This document shows positions 27,201-39,100 of a DNA stretch of 64,000 nt, piece by piece. Under the pieces are notes generated by a model. That model did no database searches. It was not told the DNA's origin and was given only the letters and a program-made list of their open reading frames with translations. The stretch lies in the NCBI GenBank assembly GCA_964036045.1, contig OZ038379.1, positions 76,818,001-76,882,000 on the forward strand, given 5' to 3'. Every line of letters starts with the position of its first letter. Position 1 is the stretch's first letter. The stretch is from Eutreptiella sp. 'Long Island Sound 2002' (lineage: Eukaryota; Protista; Euglenida). Made by a program: the position numbers and the translations under genes.

Positions 27201-30200
27201 GTCTAGAGCAAATACACCGTGTGTCCTGACCAATGCACTGCCTGTCCAGAGTAAATACAACGTGTCTCCTCAGGAATTCGCCGCATGTCTAGAGGGAATA
27301 CACCCTGTGCCCCTCCGTCTTGAGCCATTCACTGCATCTCCAAAGCGAATACACCATGTGTCCTCAGCATTCCCTTGCATGACCAGAGGGAATACGCTCT
27401 GTCTTCTTAGCAATTTCCTGCATGTCTAGACCGAATACACCGTGTTTCTTGTGGCTCGTGAGCAATTCATTTCATGCCTAGACCAAACATGCCGTGTGTC
27501 TTGAGAAACTTATTGCATGACCACAGCAAACACACTGTGTGTTTTGAGCAATTCACAGCATGTCAAGAGCACATACACCGTGTGTCTTGACCATTTCCTT
27601 GCAGGTAGAGAGCAAATACACCGCGTGGCCTGAGAGTTTCACAGCATGTCTAGAGCAAATACACGGTGAGTCTTGCGCGGTTCATTGCATGTGGAGCACA
27701 AATACACGGCGCGTCTAGAGTGTTTCTCGGCATGTTCACAGCAAACACATCGCGTGTCTTGAGCAACTCGCTGCGTTACAAGAGCAAATGCACGTTCGTC
27801 AAGAGCATTTCACTGCATGTCGAGAGCAAATACACCGTGTGTCATGAGCCATTCGCTGCGTACCAAGAGCAATGCACCGTGTGTACAGAGTGGTCCACTG
27901 CGTGACCAAGGCAAACACAATGTGTGTCTCGAGCAATTCACTGCACGACAAGAGCAAATACACCGTCGTCTTGAGGGATTCGCTGCACAACCACATAAAA
28001 ATACACCGTGTGTCCCGAGCAAAGAACCGCATGTCTAGAGGAAGATAGCCGTGTGTCATGAGCAATCCACTACCTGACCGGAGCAATTCAATGCACCACC
28101 AGAGCAAATACATCGTATGCTTTGAGCAATGCACTCCATCTCAAGAGCAAATACATCACGTGTCCAGACCATTTCACTGCATGTCTAGAGCAAATACACC
28201 GTGTGTCCTGACCAATGCACTGCCTGTCCAGAGTAAATACAACGTGTTTCCTTAGGAATTCGCCGCATGTCTAGAGGGAATACACCCTGTGCCCCTGTGT
28301 CTTGAGCCATTCACTGCATCTCCAAAGCGAATACACCATGTGTCCTCAGCATTCCCTTGCATGACCAGAGGGAATACACTCTGTCTTCTTAGCAATTTCC
28401 TGCATGTCTAGACCGAATACACCGTGTTTCTTGTGGCTCGTGAGCAATTCAGTTCATGCCTAGACCAAATATGCCGTGTGTCTTGAGAAACTTATTGCAT
28501 GACCACAGCAAACACACTGTGTGTTTTGAGCAATTCACAGCATGTCGAGAGCACATACACCGTGTGTCTTGACCATTTCCTTGCAGGTAGAGAGCAAATA
28601 CACCGCGTGGCCTGAGAGTTTCACGGCATGTCTAGAGCAAATACACGGTGAGTCTTGCGCGGTTCATTGCATGTGGAGCACAAATACACTGTGCGTCTAG
28701 AGTGTTTCTCGGCATGTTCACAGCAAACACATCGCGTGTCTTGAGCAACTCGCTGCGTTACAAGAGCAAATGCACGTTCGTCAAGAGCATTTCACTGCAT
28801 GTGGAGAACAAATACACCGTGTGTCATGAGCCATTCGCTGCGTACCAAGAGCAATGCACCGTGTGTACAGAGTGGTCCGCTGCGTGACCAAGGCAAACAC
28901 AATGTGTGTCTCGAGGAATTCAGTGCACGACAAGAGCAAATACACCGCCGTCTTGAGGGATTCGCTGCACAACCACATAAAAATACACCGTGTGTCCCGA
29001 GCAAAGAACCGCATGTCTAGAGGAAGATAGCCGTGTGTCATGAGCAATCCACTACCTGACCGGAGCAATTCAATGCACCACCAGAGCAAATACATCGTAT
29101 GCTTTGAGCAATGCACTCCATCTCAAGAGCAAATACATCACGTGTCCAGACCATTTCACTGCATGTCTAGAGCAAATACACCGTGTGTCCTGACCAATGC
29201 ACTGCCCGTCCAGAGTAAATACAACGTGTCTCCTTAGGAATTCGCCGCATGTCTAGAGGGAATACACCCTGTGCCCCTGTGTCTTGAGCCATTCACTGCA
29301 TCTCCAAAGCGAATACACCATGTGTCCTCAGCATTCCCTTGCATGACCAGAGGGAATACACTCTGTCTTCTTAGCAATTTCCTGCATGTCTAGACCGAAA
29401 ACACCGTGTTTCTTGTGGCTCCTGAGCAATTCAGTTCATGCCTAGACCAAAGATGCCGTGTGTCTTGAGAAACTTATTGCATGACCACAGCAAACAAACT
29501 GTGTGTTTTGAGCAATTCACAGCATGTCGAGAGCACATACACCATGTGTCTTGACCATTTCCTTGCAGGTAGACAGCAAATACACTGCGTGGCCTGAGAG
29601 TTTCATAGCATGTCTAGAGCAAATACACGGTGAGTCTTGCGCGGTTCATTGCATGTGGAGCACAAATACACCGCGTGTCTAGAGTGTTTCTCGGCATGTT
29701 CACAGCAAACACATCGCGTGTCTTGAGCAACTCGCTGCGTTACAAGAGCAAATGCACGTTCGTCAAGAGCATTTCACTGCATGTGGAGAGCAAATACACC
29801 GTGTGTCATGAGCCATTCGCTGCGTACCAAGAGCAATGCACCGTGTGTACAGAGTGGTCCACTGCGTGACCAAGGCAAACACAATGTGTGTATCGAGCAA
29901 TTCAGTGCACGACAAGAGCAAATACACCGTCATCTTGAGGGATTGGCTGCACAACCACATAAAAATACACCGTGTGTCCCGAGCAAAGTACCGCATGTCT
30001 ACAGGAAGATAGCCGTGTGTCATGAGCAATCCACCACCTGACCGGAGCAATTCAATGCACCACCAGAGCAAATACATCGTATGCTTTGAGCAATGCACTC
30101 CATCTCAAGAGCAAATACATCACGTGTCGAGACCATTTCACTGCATGTCTAGAGCAAATACACCGTGTGTCCTGACCAATGCACTACCTGTCCAGAGTAA

Positions 30201-30785
30201 ATACAACGTGTCTCCTTAGGAATTCGCCGCATGTCTAGAGGGAATACACCGTGTGCCCCTGTGTCTTGAGCCATTCACTGCATCTCCAAAGCGAATACAC
30301 CATGTGTCCTCAGCATTCCCTTGCATGACCAGAGGGAATACACTCTGTCTTCTTAGCAATTTCCTGCATGTCTAGACCGAATACACCGTGTTTCTTGTGG
30401 CTCGTGAGCAATTCAGTTCATGCCTAGACCAAATATGCCGTGTGTCTTGAGAAACTTATTGCATGACCACAACAAACACACTGTGTGTTTTGAGCAATTC
30501 ACAGCATGTCGAGAGCACATACACCGTGTGTCTTGACCATTTCCTTGCAGGTAGAGAGCAAATACACTGCCCGGCCTGAGAGTTTCATAGCATGTCTAGC
30601 GCAAATACACGGTGAGTCTTGCGCGGTTCATTGCATGTGGAGCACAAATACACCGCGCGTCTAGAGTGTTTCTCGGCATGTTCACAGCAAACACATCGCG
30701 TGTCTTGAGCAACTCGCTACGTTACAAGAGCAAATGCACGTTCGTCAAGAGCATTTCACTGTATGTCGAGAGCAAATACACCATG
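6215..30785 (+). repeat. Higher-order satellite array: 25 copies of a 982-bp HOR (22 monomers of ~43 bp plus one 21-bp half monomer)
   Basis: Marker ORF starts at 7063, 8045, 9027 ... 30612 are spaced 982 bp apart (some 981 or 977). In unit 8035-9016 the monomer spacings are 43 x18, 42 x2, 21, 51 and 52, which sum to 982. HOR copies differ by only scattered substitutions, while monomers within a unit are strongly diverged. Confidence 0.97.
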
Positions 30786-31487
30786 TGTGTTGAGCGATTC
30801 ACTGCGTGGCAAGAACAATACACCATGTTTCCTCTGCCATCGATGTGGTGATTTGCTGAGGACAGACCGTGTATTTCTTGTTAACATGCAGAGACTTGCT
30901 TGGGCCATATAGTGTATCTGCTCTCATCGTGCAATGGGCCCCTCAAGATCGAGGTGTATTTGCTCTAGGCGTGCACTCAAGTGCTGAATACACAAAGCAT
31001 GTTTGCCTTGGTCACGCAATGAACCGCTCAACACACGCGGCGTATTTGCTCTGGTCATGCAGCCGATTCAAATATACCCTGTGTGTTCAGCGATTTGGTG
31101 CATGTCAAGAGAAAGTACACCGTGTGTCCAGAGCAATTCACTTCATGACCTCATCAAATACTCCGTGTGTCTTGAGGGATTCACTCCATGAGCACGGCAA
31201 ATACACCGTGTGTCCTCAGCAATTCACTGCAGAACTAGAGCAAATACACAATGTGCCTTGACCATTTCATTGCATGACCCGAGTAAATACACCGTGTGAC
31301 CTGAGCTCCTCACTGCACGTCCACGACAAATGCACCGTGTGTTGTGATCATTTCACTGCATGACCAAAGTAAATACACCGTGTGTCCTAAGCATTTCACG
31401 GCATCTCCAAAGCAAATACACCGTGTGTTCTAAGCGATGCAGTGCATGACCAGAGCAAATATACCGTGTGTCATGAGCGTTTCACCG
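30786..31487. repeat. Diverged monomeric 43-bp satellite (right flank) with an inverted block at ~30840-31062
   Basis: gtgtatttgctct (reverse complement of agagcaaatacac) occurs within 30840-31062; forward monomers resume at ~31069. Confidence 0.85.
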
Positions 31488-33134
31488 CCTCACCAGCGAC
31501 CGGGCCAATAATGTAACACCATATTAAACGAGAAACCAGTGCACTTGCAAAATGCAGCTTAGAAAGCATTGCGTTGACAAGCAAGGCTGCTCCATCCAAT
31601 CGCGGTGTCCAGCTACGTGACAACATGTAGCAATCATCAGTATCTACACGCAATGATGCCGCAAACATCATTAAAATCAATGACACGATGTACCCACAAA
31701 AGACATTATCGTTGGATGTCTGCATGGATTGGCCACAAGCCCCCAAACTACCCTGGGATGATCTCGGTCCCCAAGAAAACACCGATACCCGCACTCTTGT
31801 GGAGATGTGAGTGCGAGACCCCCAAAAAGGGGCCATGATGCCCCGGACACCAACAGCCTTAGGGACTTCCGCTCCACTGGCCAAAAGTGTGAACCCTGGT
31901 GGACTGTACCGACGGGCCAAAATGCCGCAAACAACCTCCGGAAGATCTCTGTCACCAACACACAACTAAAATACTGCGAAGACGAGCCATGATGCCCTAG
32001 TGGCTGCTCGAGGCCCCACTGGGCGCTAGTAGGCAGAAACGACTCTTGGCACTTGATAAACCACCAATGACAATACTCAACTTCGCCATTGATCATGGCT
32101 TGCAGTACCACCACTACACATCAAGTGCGAGAAAACAAACTATAGGACGCGAGCAAGCATGACACCCCAATCTACCACAATTGACCATTAATCACCCTCG
32201 ATCGTTGAACTACACATGACGAACATGTCATGCCGAACCTTAACTCAAATTGGCTCCCCCTGAATGCATATTGTACACCACACGACTATTTTGGCTTGCT
32301 TGGGCATCCTTGGGGGGGCGCATTTCACACTTGGTCTGGCAGTTGTGCGTTTGCCTCGTCTGGATCCCACCGTTCCCGGGAGGAGAACCCGACTATCGCG
32401 TGTCCCGGTGCTACGGGCCAACTTAGGCCCATCCGAGGTGATACTTGTGGTGGGGGAGGGGGGGGGAATTGCATAAGCCTCCACAATATGCCCGTCCCCA
32501 TGAGGTGCCGCCAGGAGTTGTTTCTACCGCATACGTGTGCCACGACTCTTGCATTTCGAACTTCTTCTTAACTGATCCGTCAAGTGTGGCATCGTAGTAT
32601 GCTGGGCCACTATTACAATGGGATGACGGTGTGCAGAAAGGTGGCTCTATGATCTGCATTAGATAACCATAGGGGCTTAGGTTGAAAGCACAATTCCCCA
32701 GGGGCCCGTATAACAGGCCTGTTAAAAACACCGCCCACGGACCCTTGTGGGCAGGTGGGCAGCAGTTTGATAAAAGGGTGTTTTTTTCCCGTTTTTCGGC
32801 TTTTTTTTGTGGTTTTTCTGAGGAAAATATTGTTTTTGTCCTTCACTATGACCTCAAATGCATTTTCCAAGACATTTAAAAGGTTTTTTAAATGTTCATA
32901 GCATGGTGTCACTCAACAGCTCAACCAATCAACAACACAAACCAGAAAAAAACCACTGTGTTGCAGCTCGGTTGCTTCGGCCTTGTGACCTGAAGTGGCG
33001 TTTTCCCACCATTTTCAATTGTTAGTTTGTTGTGTGCTGCTACTTTGGCATTGAAATATTCATGTATCACGGAAGTCAGGGTGTTTTTTAGGTGGGTTTG
33101 CCCAAGGAGTGCCGGCTGAACGTTATCATGTAGC

Positions 33135-36100
33135 TCACTGTTATTTCCGTCTGCGTTATTATTTCCTGTTGTGCTCTCGATGGTCACTATTATTTCCTGG
33201 TGTGCTCTCGATGGTCACTGTTATTTCCTGGGGTGCTCTGGATGGTGACTGTTATTTCCTAGTGTGCCCTGGATGGTCACTGTTATTTCCTCGTGTGCCC
33301 TGGATGGTCACTGTTATTTCCTAGTGTGCTCTTGATGGTCACTGTTATTTCCTGGTGTGCTGTGGATGGTCACTGTTATTTCCTGGTGTGCCCTGGATGG
33401 TCACTGTTGTTTCCTGGTGTGCTCTGGATGGTCACTGTTATTTCCTGGTGTGCCCTGGATGGTCACTGTTATTTCCTGGTGTGCCTTGGATGGTCAATGA
33501 TATTTCCTGGTGTGCTCTGGATGGTCACTGTTATTTCTTGGTGTGCCCTGGATGGTCACTGTTATTTCCTGGTGTGCCCTGGATGGTCACTGTTATTTCA
33601 TGGTGTGCCCTGAATGGTCACTGTTATTTCCTTGTGTGCCCTGGATGGTCACTGTTATTTCCTGGTGTGCCCTGGATGGTCATTGTTATTTCCAGGTGTG
33701 CCCTGGATGGTCACTGTTATTTCCTCGTGTGCCCTGGATGGTCACTGTTATTTCCTGGTGTGCTGTGGACGGTCACTGTTATTTCCTGGTGTGCCCTGGA
33801 TGATCACTGTTATTTCCTGGTGTGCTGTGGATGGTCGCTGTTATTTCTTGGTGTGCTGTGGATGGTCACTGTTATTTCCTGGTGTGCTGTGGATGGTCAC
33901 TGTTATTTCCTGGTGTGCTGTGGATGGTCACTGTTATTTCCTGGTGTGCTGTTGATGGTGACTGTTATTTCCTGGGGTGCCCTGGATGGTCACTGTTATT
34001 TCCTGGTGTGCCCTGAATGGTCACTGTTATTTCCTGGTGGACCCTGAATGGTCACTGTTAGTTCCTAGTGTGCCCTAGATGGTCACTGTTATTTCGTGGT
34101 GTGCCCTGGATGGTCACTTTGATTTCCTGTTTGCCCTGGATGGTCAATGTTATTTCCTGGTGTGCCCTGGATGGTCACTGTTATTTCCTGGTGTGCCCTG
34201 GATGGTCATTGTTATTTCCTGGTGTGCCCTGGATGGTCACTGTTATTTCCTTGTGTGCCCTGAATGGTCACTGTTATTTCCTGGTGTGCCCTGAATGGTC
34301 ACTGTTATTTCGTGGTGTGCCCTGAATGGTCACTGTTATTTCGTGGTGTGCCCTGAATGGTCACTGTTATTTCATGGTGTGCCCTGGATGGTCACTGTTA
34401 TTTCCTGGTGTGCCCTGGATGGTCGCTGTTATTTCCTGGTGTGCCCTGGATGGTCACTGTTATTTCCTGGTGTGCTCTAGATGGTCACTGTTATTTCTTG
34501 GTGTGCTGTGGATGGTCACTGTTACTTCCTGGTGTGCTGTGGATGGTCACTGTTATTTCCTGGTGTGCCTTGGATGGTCACTGTTATTTCCTTGTGTGCC
34601 CTGGATGGTCACTGTTATTTCCTGGTGTGCCCTGGAGGGTCACTGTTATTTCCTGGTGTGCCCTGGATGGTCACTGTTATTTCCTGGTGTGCCCTGGATG
34701 GTCACTGTTATTTCCTGGTGTGCCCTGGATGGTCACTGTTATTTCCTGGTGTGCCCTGGATGGTCACTGTTATTTCCTGGTGTGCCCTGGATGGTCACTG
34801 TTATTTCTTGGTGTGCTGTGGATGGTCACTGTTACTTCCTGGTGTGCTGTGGATGGTCACTGTTATTTCCTGGTGTGCCCTGGATGGTCACTGTTATTTC
34901 CTGGTGTGCTGTGGATGGTCACTGTTATTTCCTGGTGTGCTCTGGATGGTCACTGTTATTTCTTGGTGTGCCCTGGATGGTCACTGTTATTTCCTTGTGT
35001 GCCCTGGATGGTCACTGTTATTTCCTGGTGTGCCTTGGATGGTCACTGTTATTTCCTTGTGTGCCCTGGATGGTCACTGTTATTTCCTGGTGTGCCCTGG
35101 AGGGTCACTGTTATTTCCTGGTGTGCCCTGGATGGTCACTGTTATTTCCTGGTGTGCCCTGGATGGTCACTGTTATTTCCTGGTGTGCCCTGGATGGTCA
35201 CTGTTATTTCTTGGTGTGCCCTGGATGGTCACTGTTACTTCCTGGTGTGCCCTGGATGGTCACTGTTTTTTCTTGGTGTGCTCTGGATGTTCACTGTTAT
35301 TTCCTGGTGTGCCCTGGATGGTCACTGTTATTTCCTGGTGTGCCCTGGATGGTCACTGTTATTTCCTGGTGTGCTGTGGATGGTCACTGTTATTTCCTGT
35401 GGTGCCCTGGATGGTCACTGTTATTTCCTGGTGTGCCCTGAATGGTCACTGTTATTTCCTGGTGTGCCCTGGATGGTCACTGTTATTTCCTGGTGTGCCC
35501 TGAATGGTCACTGTTATTTCCTGGTGTGCCCTGATTGGTCACTGTTATTTCTTGGTGTGCCCTGAATGGTCACTGTTATTTCCTGGTGTGCCCTGAATGG
35601 TCACTGTTATTTCCTGGTGTGCCCTGATTGGTCACTGTTATTTCTTGGTGTGCCCTGGATGGTCACTGTTATTTCCTGGTGTGCTTTGGATGGTCACTGT
35701 TATTTCCTGGTGTGCCCTGGATGGTCACTGTTATTTCCTGGTGTGCTTTGGATGGTCACTGTTATTTCCTGGTGTGCTCTGGATGGTCACTGTTATTTCC
35801 TGGTGTGCCTTGATTGGTCGCTGTTATTTCCTGGTGTGCCGTGAATGGTCACTGTTATTTCATGGTGTGCCCTGGATGGTCACTGTTACTTCCTGGGGTG
35901 CTCTGGATGGTTACTGTTATTTCCTAGTGTGCCCTGAATGGTCGCTGTTATTTCCTGGTGTGCCGTGAATGGTCACTATTATTTCCTGGTGTGCTCTCGA
36001 TGGTCACTGTTGTTTCCTGGGGTGCTCTGGATGGTGACTGTTATTTCCTAGTGTGCCCTGCATGGTCACTGTTATTTCCTGGTGTGCCCTGGATGGTCAC

Positions 36101-39100
36101 TGTTATTTCCTGGTGTGCTGTGGATGGTCACTGTTATTTCCTGGTGTGCCCTGGATGGTCACTGTTGTTTTCTGGTGTGCTCTGGATGGTCACTGTTATT
36201 TCCTGCTGTGCCCTGGATGGTCACTGTTATTTCCTGGTGTGCCCTGGATGGTCAATGTTATTTCCTGGTGTGCTTTGGATGGTCAGTGTTATTTCCTGGT
36301 GTGCCCTGGATGGTCACTGTTATTTCCTGCTGTGCCCTGGATGGTCACTGTTATTTCCTGGTGTGCCCTGGATGGTCACTGTTATTTCCTGGTGTGCTCT
36401 GGATGGTCACTGTTATTTCCGTGTGTGCCCTGGATGGTCACTGTTATTTCGTGGTGTGCCCTGGATGGTCATTGTTATTTCCTGGTGTGCCCTGGATGGT
36501 CACTGTTATTTCGTGGTGTGCCCTGGATGGTCACTGTTATTTCCTGGTGTGCCCTGGATGGTCACTGTTATTTCCTGGTTCGCCCTGGATGATCACTGTT
36601 ATTTCCTGGTGTGCCCTGGATGGTCTATGTTATTTCTTGGTGTGCTGTGGATGGTCACTGTTATTTCCTGGTGTGCTGTGGATGGTCACTGTTATTTCCT
36701 GCTGTGCCCTGAATGGTCACTGTTATTTCCTGGTGTGCTGTTGATGGTCACTGTTATTTCCTCGGGTGCCCTGGATGGTCACTGTTATTTCCTGGTGGAC
36801 CCTGAATGGTCACTGTTATTTCCTAGTGTGCCCTAGATGGTCACTGTTATTTCCTGGTGTGCCCTGGATGGTCACTGTTATTTCCTGTGTGCCCTGGATG
36901 GTCACTGTTATTTCCTGGTGTGCTCTGGATGGTCAATGTTATTTCCTGGTGTGCTGTGGATGATCACTGTTATTTCCTGCTGTGCCCTGAATGGTCACTG
37001 TTATTTCCTGGTGTGCTGTTGATGGTCACTGTTATTTCCTCGGGTGCCCTGGATGGTCACTGTTATTTCCTGGTGGACCCTGAATGGTCACTGTTATTTC
37101 CTAGTGTGCCCTAGATGGTCACTGTTATTTCCTGGTGTGCCCTGGATGGTCACTGTTATTTCCTGTGTGCCCTGGATGGTCACTGTTATTTCCTGGTGTG
37201 CCTTGGATGGTCACTGTTATTTCGTGGTGTGCCCTGGATGGTCACTGTTATTTCCTGGTGTGCTCTGGATGGTCAATGTTATTTCCTCGTGTGCCCTGGA
37301 GGGTCACTGTTATTTCGTGGTGTGCCCTGGATGGTCACTGTTATTTCCTTGTGTGCCCTCAATGGTCCCTGTTATTTCCTGGTGTGCCCTGAATGGTCAC
37401 TGTTATTTCCTGGTGGCCCTGATTGGTCACTGTTATTTCTTGGTGTGCCCTGGATGGTCACTGTTATTTCCTGGTGTGCCCTGGATGGTCACTGTTATTT
37501 CCTGGTGTGCCTTGGATGGTCACTGTTATTTCCTGGTGTGCCCTGGATGGTCACTGTTGTTTCCTGGTGTGCTCTGGATGGTCACTGTTATTTCCTGGTG
37601 TGCCCTGGATGGTCACTGTTATTTCGTGGTGTGCCCTGAATGGTCACTGTTATTTCATGGTGTGCCCTGGATGGTCACTGTTATTTCCTAGTGTGCCCTG
37701 GATGGTCACTGTTATTTCCTGGTGTGCCCTGGATGGTCACTGTTATTTCCTGGTGTGCCCTGGATGGTCACTGTTATTTCTTGGTGTGCTGTGGATGGTC
37801 ACTGTTATTTCCTGGTGTGCCCTGGATGGTCACTGTTATTTCCTGGTGTGCCCTGGATGGTCACTGTTATTTCCTGGTGTGCCCTGGATGATCATTGTTA
37901 TTTCCTGGTGTGCCCTGGATGGTCACTGTTATTTCTTGGTGTGCTGTGGATGGTCACTGTTATTTCCTGGTGTGCTGTGGATGGTCACTGTTATTTCCTT
38001 GTGTGCCCCGGATGGTCACTGTTATTTCGTGGTGTGCTGTGGATGGTCACTGTTATTTCCTGGGGTGCCCTGGATGGTCACTGTTATTTCCTGATGTGCT
38101 GTGGATGGTCGCTGTTATTTCCTAGTGTGCCCTGAATGGTCACTGTTATTTCCTGGTGTGCCCTGGATGGTCACTGTTATTTCCTGGTGTGCCCTGATTG
38201 GTCACTGTTATTTCTTGGTGTGCCCTGGATGGTCACTGTTATTTCCTGGTGTGGTTTGGATGGTCACTGTTATTTCCTGTGTGCCCTGGATGGTCACTGT
38301 TATTTCCTGGTGTGCTCTAGATGGTCAATGTTATTTCCTGGTGTGCCCTGGATGGTCACTGTTATTTCCTGGTGTGCTGTGGATGGTCACTGTTATTTCC
38401 TGGTGTGCCATGGATGGTCGCTATTATTTCCTGGTGTGCCCTGAATGGTCACTGTTTTTTCCTGGTGTGCCCTGAATGGTCACTGTTGTTTCCTGGTGTG
38501 CCCTGATTGGTCACTGTTATTTCTTGGTGTGCCCTGGATGGTCACTGTTATTTCCTGGTGTGCCCTGGATGGTCACTGTTATTTTCTGGTGTGCCCTGGA
38601 TGGTCACTGTTATTTCCTGGTGTGCCTTGGATGGTCACTGTTATTTCCTGGTGTGCTCTGGATGGTCACTCTCATTTCCTGGTGTGCCCTGGATGGTCAC
38701 TATTATTTCCTGGTGTGCCCTGAATGGTCACTGTTATTTCCTGGTGTGCCCTGGATGGTCACTGCTATTTCCTAGTGTGCCGTGGATGGTCACTGTTATT
38801 TCCTGGTGTGCCATGGATGGTCATTGTTATTTCCTGGTGTGCCCTGGATGGTCACTGTTGTTTCCTGGTGTGCTCTAGATGGTCACTGTTATTTCTTGGT
38901 GTGCCCTGAATGGTCACTGTTATTTCCTGGGGTGCCCTGGATGATCACTGTTATTTCCTGGTGTGCCCTGGATGGTCACCGTTATTTCTTGGTGTGCTGT
39001 GGATGGTCACTGTTATTTCCTGGTGTGCTGTGGATGGTCACTGTTATTTCCTGGTGTGCCCTGAATGGTCACTGTTATTTCCTGGTGTGCTGTGGATGGT

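Noticed and set aside
6215-30785. CRISPR array or repeated small genes (MSLARFIACG..., MSRANTPCV...)
   Set aside because: The units are contiguous diverged monomers with no unique spacers and no cas genes; the ORFs are short by-products repeated once per HOR.
31500-32300. LINE endonuclease remnant (DIIVG..., ILNFAIDHGL)
   Set aside because: Only vague motif resemblance across several stops and frames, no catalytic motif set and no reverse transcriptase nearby.
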